A DNA stretch of 64,000 nt, taken from positions 8,680,001 through 8,744,000 of the forward strand of contig OZ116709.1 in assembly GCA_964199315.1 (NCBI GenBank), written 5' to 3'. Numbering within the stretch: the stretch's first letter is position 1; each line of letters starts with the position of its first letter. Of this stretch, positions 49,558-59,777 are shown piece by piece. The position numbers were made by a program, and so were the translations under genes. This DNA comes from Orbicella franksi (Eukaryota). The notes beneath the pieces are model-generated. The model saw only the letters and a list, made by a program, of their open reading frames with translations, was not told where the DNA came from and did not search any database.

Positions 49558-50297
49558 GGTGGCCGAACACAGTTTTCGCGCGCGCCTTTGCTGATGCAAT
49601 TCAGCGCGCGTACAAGGATTGCAAAAAAAACCCAAAAAACAAACATGCCGTCAATAGAGCGATCATTTTATTTACTAAACACCCGCACTATCTGTGCTAT
49701 TTTTCTCTATAATGGAACGCAGTGTATTGATGGCTTTAGTCTGTTATTACGATATGTTAGAAAAGGTAACGATGCAAAGAACCCAGCAATTCTCAGCTTT
49801 TTCTTTGTTACCGAAAGAACCCAGTTAAATGCAGCGCATGCGCAGTAAGTTAAAAAATTGCGATTGACTGAAATTGCTCTCTCGGAAATACGTCTATTTC
49901 TCCAGAACCACTCATTAGAACTTCACGAAATTTGGCACAAAAATACTTTATAATTAGGAAATAAGTAACTGGACTACTGAAAAGAATTAACTTTAACAAA
50001 GGAAATTCTAGATATTCCAGTGAACCTTCAACAAGGGATAATTAAAGATCTCTGTTAAATTATTAGCAAAATGGTGTTACCTTGTGAGAATCGTTACAAA
50101 TAAACACTTCCGATTTTAAAGGCCTGTTTATATTTACTCATGTTGCCATGGAAACGGCATATATGTCAGCTTAACCATCAAAAAACCAACGTCTGTGTTG
50201 TTAACTTGCTTGCTGCCATTTTGGACGACCGAGGGATCAAGGGTTTGAGAGAAAAAAGTAAATGAAACACAGGTATCAAAAACTGTGTTCAGCCACC
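49558..50297. mobile_element. Non-autonomous Kolobok-like DNA transposon, TTAA TSD
   Basis: TTAA|GGTGGCCGAACACAGTTTT ... AAAACTGTGTTCAGCCACC|TTAA. Confidence 0.8.
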
Positions 50298-50763
50298 TTA
50301 AGCTTGGGTTAACGGAAAAGATTTAACAAGAAAATTGATCATTGGATAAAAAATAACTTCGATATCAAAGACAAAATAATGTCCATATTTAGATCGATCG
50401 ATGGATGGATGAATTCGCGCAAGGCAAATTCTATATCAATGTATAATTCAGATGCAGATATGATGTTGCACGTTTTTGCAATATTTGCTTGCTCATTTGT
50501 ACAATATTGCTAAACCCACCAACACTTATGATTATAACCTGGATATAACCAATTCAGAAACAATAATTCTGGGTGACCAAGGGAGAGTGGGGGCAAACAA
50601 ACACTCAGGGAAGGTAGCAACTAGTTTCCCCTCCCTCTTTCACCTCTTCTTCTATAGTATATCATGACATTGCTAAAATACAAACACAGCCTTGAATGAA
50701 ATTTACCAATAAGGGGTTTGACACTGTTAAGATGAACAGAAATAACAGGAAGGCCATAATAAT

Positions 50764-50925
50764 GAGGTGTGGCTGCTAATGGTCATTCAGTGCCCTGGAC
50801 GCCGATTCGACAGTTCTGGGTACAAGCCCTGACCGGGATTGAGGAGTTGTTCTCTCTGACAGGAACTTTATTCGAACAGGACCTCTCTTTACCCAGGAGC
50901 TTGAGTATAAACGGGTAGAGGCGAA
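50764..50925 (+). mobile_element. Degenerate tRNA-derived SINE
   Basis: tRNA-like head (GAGGTGTGG...GGGTACAAGCCCTGACCGGG) followed by CTCTCT..ACCCAGG..GTATAAACGGGTA, matching a recalled cnidarian SINE body. Confidence 0.55.
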
Positions 50926-51102
50926 GTGTGGCTTAGCAGACGCTACTACTTACAAAACCACCTGCAAGTTATCATGCAAAATGAAGCGCAGACTTAGACC
51001 TGTTGCAGACTTCACTTCATCATTAGCTGGTGATAAAGTGACTGACTGATGAGATGGTCGACTGGAGTAACCATCGCATGTTTTTAAGAAATATGAAATC
51101 AT

Positions 51103-51108
51103 TTTATT
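51103..51108 (-). promoter_or_regulatory. Candidate BRIP1 polyadenylation signal AATAAA
   Basis: 43-65 nt downstream of the two candidate stop codons. Confidence 0.4.
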
Positions 51109-51172
51109 CACTATTCATTGAGAAAAGCCTAGTCGCACTGCTGAAATACATCAGCCCCTCTTTGACTTCGGA

Positions 51173-54100
51173 TCACTCGCTAGCTGGTGAGTGAACATTG
51201 ACGAGACCTGGAAAAAACCAAACCTGTCGAGCAAAGATGAAAGAAAACAATAAGCGTCAGTGATCACGATTGGAAGCTGTTTCAACTCAGAATACCAGTA
51301 TAAGACAAATTTAACCATCAACAGGAGGGACTCCTTGATGCGGAAAGTCGGATTCATCAAAACTAGTTCAGTCATGGTTCATACCAAAGTCAGGTCTCTT
51401 TTTCAAGGGAAATTCAAGGACCATTAAGCAGTATTATTATATGGCTTTACGCTTGTTTTTGTAGCCGATACAACGCGCGCTCTGATTGGCTAATTCTAGG
51501 GCATTATTCTCGGGTAATGCCTACAGGCTGAATACGGGCCTGCAAAAACAAAGCAAAAAGCCAAATAAAATAAACAACTTATTAACCTCCAACGTGCGGT
51601 CTTTACGGAAAAATCTCAAACCTCGCCCTTGCCGTATTGGCCTCGCTATCGCTCGGTCAATACGGCAAGGTCTCGGTCTGAGATTTTCCCGTAAAGACCT
51701 CACTCTCGGATAATAAGTGGTTATTCAAGCACTCGTTTCCCTCAGAATCACATGGAAAATTTGTTTAGGTAAGAAGGGACAAAATACAGAATACTCAAGA
51801 CTCCACTGAAGGCAGGATTACTTATACCGTTGGGTACTTCACATAATGTTTCATCAAAAAAAACTTTCCGAGACTGATATTTGTTATACTATTTATAAAT
51901 TACATAGCACAGCACACCACCTGTTTTAGAGGATGCGGTTGACATTGTTGTTGCTCAGAGAATGATCCGAACGACACCACTTCTAATCCCACGATCCGTG
52001 AATCTCCTTTCGTAGTCTGACACACTCGGCAGACCAGGGGAATGTAGCAGCTGCCGCACTCCGGTACAAAGAGACTATTTAGTTTCATACCTACAATCAA
52101 TTCGGTACAAACTTGATTTGTCAAGAGGTGCTAAGCGTGCAACCACGCAAAATAAACTATGTGATTGTCTATGTCTATACTAATAATGAAAAAAAAAAAA
52201 AAAAAAAAAATTATATAAACATATAAACAAACAAACGAGCTACAAAACAAATAAAATTATGGTATTATGGGGTCAGAGCACTACTCTTTTCATTGTAGAC
52301 ACGAAAGTGAACGAACACTAAAACTGAAAACTGAACTTAAACTTTTTAGGAATCCAGCATTGAGAAGTTTAACAGTTTACCACAGTCGGACCTCTCCTTA
52401 CGGACGCCTGACAGTTCATTTAGTCGCAGAGAAAGCAGAATTCCTGTTACTTCTAACTCTATAATGCGGACGGACACCTTCATAATACGACAATCACGAA
52501 AATGAAAGAACAAACACTGATAATTGAAGATCAACTTGCTCAGAATCCCGGAATGTAGGAGGCTTAACTTGCCCATTATAGGACTATTTGCAAAGCGCGG
52601 AGGATGATTTGCACCCAAGACGCCCTAGAACAAATCCAGATACATGTAGTGGCAGGGGAGAGAATTTGAACCACACTTCAAATTCAGAGCCCCTAAACGA
52701 CTTGGCAACCCAGCCACATATAATATTTGATAACACCGTTTAACTCTTGTAGTTTAACTAAAGTTTAAGTCAACGAAGGAGTTGTTACCTGGAGAGTGAT
52801 CGTTCTTCGCGTCAATCAAAGAACTTAGGTTTGACATTGTACAAGTCTCTTTGTCGATAACAAGAACGTTTTTCTCGTCGACTGTCTGTTGAAAGGAACT
52901 CTGCAATACGTCAGGAATATGCCTTGTGAAGGAGTTAGAAGCGAAGGAACCTGCTCGGACGAAAAGAACCTGGTCAATATATCATATAGCAGCATTGAGG
53001 GTAAGAAAACATCGAAGAGAATCATGTTTTAATAGTTACTGCTTAATTTATTACGGCGAGGATAATAAGATTGGAGTACATTTGATTGTATTCTGTAACC
53101 AAAGACTAGCTCGAGCACTTGGAAATTTTTCACGTAAATAGTGTATAAGGATACGTGGAGTTGCTTCGTAATGTCGCTGAAAAAGGGCTCAGTCGATTCT
53201 TAGAGAAAAAGAAAACAACACAAAAAAATTATTTTTTCTCGCCAGGAGTTCAAAAAGAAATTGCAGTAAGAAATCTAAAGGAGCGTGGAGTTGAGTAATT
53301 GAGAAAAGCCGAATTTAATTTTTTTTTTTTTTTAGCTTACTGTCCATGCTTTGATTTTGCTCCAACGGCAATCAGTTAAAATCTGCCCCCAAAAAGAGAC
53401 ACGCTAGATACGAAATTATGACGGAGGGTTATATGACCTTAACGCACTGACAGATCCGGAAAACTCCGACTGGAGAGAAGTCGCACTCTGTCAGAGATTT
53501 GGGTAGAGTGCAATTGATTCTCTCTAGCAGAAAACAGCATAGCTACCTCACCTGTGACAAGGCTGCCACCACAACGGGCACAATACAGCACAGGTTTGTC
53601 ACTTTCATCTTTGGGTTTTTCCTGAACCGAAAGACACTAATGTCAGTATAAGGCTAATGTGCTACAGGCAATGTGGATAACAGTTTACCCCACGTAGGAC
53701 TTTGAAGTGTAACTTCAAAAAATTCCTATATTTTTAATGCAATAAATGGGCTTGTGTAAGTTTTGTTCCACGCTGAAGGCAGGACCGCCAAGACAGAGAG
53801 GGTCAAAGTCGTACCTTATCCGGGCAGCCAGTGGGCTAGTAAATTTCAATTTTCAGTTGCCCCCGCTAAAATATTAATTGCCCATGCTTTCAACTCATTG
53901 TTTTGCTCATCTTGCAGTCTTAAGTTTTGAAATAGTTTTTGATCCGGGTTGGTGGGCCTGCCAGATCGAAAGGATGAAACTCTTACCTCAGATGCTACTT
54001 TCTCTTCCTCCCTCGTGCTTTTACTGCTGTTTGAAAATCTTCTAAGCCTTGTGCTTCTTCTCCGACCAAGTCGAACATTGCTCGGCATCTCAGACACGCT

Positions 54101-57100
54101 ATTACAGGGACGCTCGCTTCTCCTTGAAGACGACGATAAATTCAGTACACCTTCCTTCACAGTTTCTTTCGACTCAGTATTACGATCAACATGCGGCGCC
54201 TTCGTTTGCAAGCGATTTTCTAATCCTGCCTTTTCATGAGAAAAGTCGTCTTTTACGTCATCAAGGATATCACGAGGCTTTTTCTCTGAGTTTAACTCGT
54301 TACCATCCCCTCCGTGACCTGGAGCATTCGCATCAGCTTCTTTTGACTTTAACAGCTTTTCTACTGCGACGAAGCCTTGAACCCCTGTGTTTTCCAGCAA
54401 TGAGGATTTACCAAAATCACCGCCTTTCTTTGACAAAGTAATCGAACAATTACCAAGACTACCTTCTCCATTTCCTACATTTTTAATTGCGTTTGGTTCC
54501 TCGGCGCCGAGATCCAAGTTTGACGAGTTTAAACTTGTCCTCTCCTCACCCTCCCTGGGTGTCATCCAGTTCATTTCCTGTTTGACAGGTGAAGGTGAAG
54601 GAGTGGACTGAGGAGTGGCAAAGAGAAGAGGAGAGGACATCTGTTCCCTAGCGAGTGGGTCGCTTTCAGGTTTCTTCTTCAATGCACTATCAGATTCTTG
54701 ACTCTCCATTTTCCCATCCACTTTCAACTCGTTAGATTTAACCGTAACGAAATTCTCGCCATTTACGGGTTTAAAGTCAAGTACCAAAGTCATTCCATTG
54801 AAAACCTTCCTCTCACTCCCGTCGACATCAACGTTTTTCCGTTTAAATTTATCAAGTTTCGATGCCACTCTCTCTGCATTGAAAGACAGACCTTTAGAAG
54901 TGACGCCAGAGAAAGCTGATTGGATTAAATTAGAAGAAGGGGTAAAACCTGAAGTCTGGTTTCCTTGCATGTTGCTAAGTGAACGCTGCTTGGCAGATGG
55001 TATAATACGTTGAAAGGGAGTGGTAGAATGAACGCTGTGTTCCAGTGTAAACCCATCACCTGGGTTTCCTTGGACCTTACCTACATGTTGGGACTCTACA
55101 GATGGTTTACTATCGCTACTTTGAGGAGGAGTTGCACAGTTGCCGCTGTGGTCTACTGTAAACCCAACAGCTAGGTTTCCATGAGCGTTAGTAGCCTCTA
55201 CAGAAGGTCTTGCATCACTGCACTGACAAGGAGTTGCACAAAGATCGCTCTGTTCCAGAGTAACCCTGTCAGTTTGGTTTTCTTGGTTGTCAGGTAGTCG
55301 GGCGTGGTCTTCAAATGGCTTAACATCTGCATGAACGTTCTGTTCCAGTGTAACCCCGCCAGTTTGGTTTCCTCGGTTGTCGGGTAGTGGAGTGTGTTCT
55401 ACAAATGGCTTAATATCAGCGTGAACGTTCTGTTCCAGTGCAACCCCTCTAGTTTGGTTTCCTCGGTTGTCAAGCAGTGAAATGTGCTCTACAGATGGCT
55501 TTACATCAGCATGAACGTTCTGTTCCTTGACTGGAGTCTCCACAGAACTTCTGCTCAGTTGGCTAACAGAACAGGGGCTGGTATTGGCGGGACACGGTTC
55601 TCTTTTACGTGCAGATGCGAATTCTTTCAGGGAAGACATGGCCGCGGAGAAGTTGTTGTACTGTGTAATTCTCTTGCGCACCCATTTGGATATCCCTGGT
55701 TAATCAGATCAAAAGGTATGTTTAGTGAAAACTACCAAACATGCTAACCATACAGGCGAAAATTGTTACAGCACTTTTTCCCAATTAAGCCGTAACCAAG
55801 TTCATAATCCATATGCATAAGGTTCTTATTACGGGGCATTCATTTGGCTGTGGCGGGATTTGGGCGCGGGCTTTGACCCTAGAGCATCTGAGTCTTTTGC
55901 ATTAGGAGAACATGTGTTCAAACGTTGTTTATAGTGGTATACTGGATTGGTGGTTTATGGTGATTTTAAAGACGATACGTTGAAGACTGACAATTGAAAA
56001 CGTGTATATTCACATATGGACAGCTCTTTTTTCGTTTTAATTCCATATTTTAACAAGGGAGTTTATGTAACTAGCTTTTAGGGCCGAAATAGGGTCAAAA
56101 ACGGCCGCTACCCGCGAGCAAATTCTTCAACGTTCGGACTCACATAACAGCTCCTTACCGTTGATGTACCTTGGAGACTTGTTAAACCGTTCATCTATTA
56201 GAACAATGGCTCCCCAGTCTTGTCTGTGAAAAACAAAAGAGTTATTCATTTTGATGAGGCATCAAAGCAAAAGCCCACCTAAAGGTATACTGAAACGCCT
56301 AGCAATTAAGTGTAGCTGTAAAAAGCGCAACAACGAAGTCAATCTGAGCTGGGAGCGAAGCCTTGAGAAGAAACAAGCATGAGAAAAAACGCGTATACCA
56401 CATTCCACCTTCGTGGTTTAGTTTCTCTCAAAATTTCCCTTTGGTTGGAGCCTGATTGGCCTCGAAAGGCAAGGCTGAAAACCTAACCTTGGACAAAAGC
56501 CGTTATTTCCCTTAGATTTGTTAACTGTTTTTATTGACTGCGGTCTAACTACAACTCGGTTATCTCGAGCCATAACCCCCTCCTCTTGGATACTGGTGTA
56601 CAGTATTTTAAATGCCGGCTATTTAATACTCGCCGTCACGCGGGGATGGTAATAAGTATTTCGTCCACCCGCCTACTTGATTTTGACCGAGTAAAAGTTT
56701 AATATTTTTTTTGCTGAACATCTCAACATTTTTTAAGTTTTAACCCCAACTTTCTCGTAACATGCTTATGTTCACTTTGATTGTCTGACAGCAGGATCAT
56801 AAAGCACAACCTCGCACATCAAAAAGCTCTGAGTCCGCTTGGCAGTTCTTGCATCACGTTTAGGTAATGAGTAAACCAAGAGTGCATTAATACTCCTTCC
56901 ACCCCTACAAATATAGAAATATGCGCTCCAAAACCACGTTTAAATGCACGGTGTTCTTCGAATAATAACCACGTTACGTGAGTTTATTATATAGTTTTTT
57001 GAAATTCTCTTTCGTTTTTACCAAGATGAACTTACTTATGACGAATACACCTTCCCAAAGCCTGTGAACATGAATAAAGAAAAAAAAGAGGTGTTAAAAG

Positions 57101-58763
57101 GAAAATAACAAGCAATTAAAGTTAGCTATAAAACAAAAGGTCCATTATCGCTTGGATTTCATTGTCATAACTACAATTTTGAAAATTAAACGGAATTACT
57201 CGAAGAGCACTGTAGCGAGTCTGACCTGATTTAATGCACGGTAGGCCTGGATCTCATACCACTCACTGCCCGTCAGCAGTCCTCGACTGGCTGAATACTG
57301 CGTGTTGTATTTCCGTTTGAGTTCCACCTGAAAATCATTACGCAACATGAAGCAAAACAAGTGTTGGACATTACAACATTCTGCAGAAGACTCCTTTTAA
57401 GCCGGACATTTTGTGCCACTGGGGTGTGTGCAATAGACCATAAAACAGTTCTATAAAATGTGATCGAGGGTTGACTTTGTGATGAAAGAGACAACAAACT
57501 ACTTGAGCATGACAATAAAAGAATTTACATTTCAAACGCAGCAAGATTAATATCATTGATAACAACCTCGGTTCTGCTCAAAAATCGGTTAAGCACCGAA
57601 CTATAAATTGGTTATTCCGATGAAAAAAGCCCAATGTTGCCCCCTTGCGGATTATTTTATCCTGACAGAAAAGAACGCTTTTTATCAAAAGTTCATAGTA
57701 ACCTACAGAAACCTTGAAATGACTGTTGTGGACTCTAACAAGAAATTTAAAATTTCTTCGGGAAAAGTGGCACGAAACCGGATAGGACTCGAGAGAGCAA
57801 TGAAAATGGAGACAAACTCTTCCCTCGACTTTGAAGATGTTTTCACTGACTTTTTTCTGACTTGTGACAAACGTAATGGATTTCCTGTCTTAGCCTGTCT
57901 TCCTGAATCTTAGACTGTGAAAGGCGTCAGAAGCGAGTGAAAACGTACCTAAAGGCTAGCTTGTTCTAGACTCATAAATTATGGAAAAAACTTAAGGTCA
58001 TTCCCCAGTATTGCATTGGGCATCCCTACTGCGCATAATTTCACGCGTGATTAGCGCGCGCGCATTAAAAAATGGCGGCTTTTTCTTTACGGCTGGACCT
58101 CGCCATAGAGGTAAATCGTCATTTTCTCGCAAACGAGTATGGTTACCTATCATTTTTTTCTATTGTTTTGAATTGAGTAATAAATTTCTCTCTGTAAAAT
58201 AAATATGGACCAATTCTCAGTGTAGAACAAAAAACAGTCGTCGGAAACGTGAATTTAGCAAGCAATCGTGACTACAGTTATGGTGCTATTATAAGGATTT
58301 ATAAGGTATAAACAAGGTGCTGTTGCTCCTAAACGAACACGGGGACCCCTCATTTTTATTTCAATATTTAAGTTCCTATAATATCAATAGGCAAAGTTTC
58401 ACAAAAATCTCAGTGCAGGTTCTATTTCAGTGGAATGACCTTAAGTCCCCATCATCACAATTATCCCTTCGTTTTCGCCACCTTCTCTTCGTTTTACCTA
58501 CTAATCTAAGAGACTGCAAACAAGGTAACTTAAAGGCTCATTTTAATACATTTAAAGACACACGCAGCACATTTCACGGTATACTAGCTCACAAACACCG
58601 CAGACTGAGCTGGTATGTGTTTGGTAATGAACAATTTCCAATTGCAGTTGTGTGGAAGGACGAATTGTACAGAGTGAACCAGCGGGAGTTTTGGTATGTT
58701 TTCTTAACAGAATGGAGTGTACCTTACCTGGACGTCTTTCACATTTGGAAAAGGTATTCCAAT
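51173..58763 (-). CDS. BRIP1: BRIP1/FANCJ DEAH helicase, 3' part (5' exons lie outside the window); complement(join(51173..51223,51921..52090,52789..52950,53552..53621,53987..55695,56159..56223,57036..57061,57226..57327,58728..58763))
   Basis: Spliced translation [12 protein letters not shown]|[34 protein letters not shown]|ALGRCIRHK|[22 protein letters not shown]|ISKWVRKRI matches the BRIP1 helicase motif VI region (human [19 protein letters not shown]...[34 protein letters not shown]). All GT-AG with consistent phases. The last two junctions are less certain. Confidence 0.92.
51578..51717. repeat. ~140-bp inverted repeat/hairpin of an interspersed element (~51440-51727) in the last BRIP1 intron
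   Basis: GGTCTTTACGGAAAAATCTCAAACC..CTTGCCGTATTG ... CAATACGGCAAG..GGTCTGAGATTTTCCCGTAAAGACC. Confidence 0.75.
55257..55526 (-). repeat. Coding 90-bp (30-aa) tandem repeat x3 in the BRIP1 large exon, with degenerate copies to ~54960
   Basis: EQNVHAD(V/I)KP..H..L.DN..NQT..V.L; GAACGTTCTGTTCC recurs every 90 nt. Confidence 0.9.
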
Positions 58764-58875
58764 CTATAGGAAAAAAGTGAAACTTGCTTTAGCGTGCTTC
58801 TACACCTCAACTGGTTGGTTTCGTACTTCGTGTCAAAAGTACGCTACTTCTACGAATAACGTAACCTATTTTAAC

Positions 58876-59019
58876 CTCTCGGTCAGTGGGGACGATCGAA
58901 AAAGGAGGCGGGCGACGAGCGGGATCATCGACGAGCGGGACCAAGAGAGAAAAGGACCCCGCTCGTCGCCCGCCTGCTTTTTCGATCGTCCCCACTGAGC
59001 GAGAGCCCAGAACAGGCTA
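58876..59019. mobile_element. Hairpin MITE ~760 bp upstream of the NLR ATG
   Basis: CAGTGGGGACGATCGAAAAAG..GCGGGCGACGAGCGGG ... CCCGCTCGTCGCCCGC..CTTTTTCGATCGTCCCCACTG. Confidence 0.8.
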
Positions 59020-59777
59020 CAGGCAAAAGGTGAAGTACTTTAAAGCTAAACCTTTTCAGTAGGATGGTGGATTCTCAAGAACTCAAAAAATGATCGCGTT
59101 CGATCCGAGTTCTTTTAGAGTCGACACATATTGAACCTGAAAAGTTTGTTTATTTTTTCAACAATTTTAGATTTAGTATCAGATGGACTAATTAATTGAA
59201 CTCGTGTCGTTTTGCCTAAACACTAACAAAGAACAGTCTAAGGCCAGGGCTTCCCCAGACCCTTTCCGCTTCTAACATATGCCTAGTAGAGGGGCCCTGG
59301 GGCTTAATCTACTGTGATTAATATTCAAATGCACACCGGACAGAAGTCTTGTTTGAGAAAACATCTGCCACGCGGACTAAATGGCTTTTCTCTAGTACAT
59401 GCCGTAGTTTCTTCTTCGAAAACTCTCAAAGGAAGTAAATGTTTCGACACTAATTCAACCGAATGTTTGATTAATCGATGTACAGTGCAAGAATATCGAA
59501 GAAAGTGACGGACAAGTTCATTTTCACCCATTTATTCCATTTATTCAGTTCTTAGGTTTTTACATACGTCACTCTCAAGCAATTATTCAAAATTTGCATT
59601 TTTTTCAGACAGCATTATAAATGCTATTCCGTGTCCAACGTTTGTTTTGTCCCCTCTACAGTCGGTATCCTTTCTGCATGGATGTTTTTTGACGTTTTTA
59701 TAACAATTTTTTAATATTAATGTCCCTACGTCTACTTGCCATTTAACCACTTCTCTACGCCACACGCTCTGGTCAAA

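Noticed and set aside
51151-51375. 74-aa minus ORF as a GIY-YIG fragment (RIKESLLL)
   Set aside because: Similarity is limited to a few residues; the 3' part is better explained as the BRIP1 acceptor and terminal exon.
53846-55681. Stand-alone 611-aa gene
   Set aside because: It is an internal BRIP1 exon (53987-55695) bounded by an acceptor and a GAG|GTAAGA donor; the N-terminal residues continue the helicase sequence.
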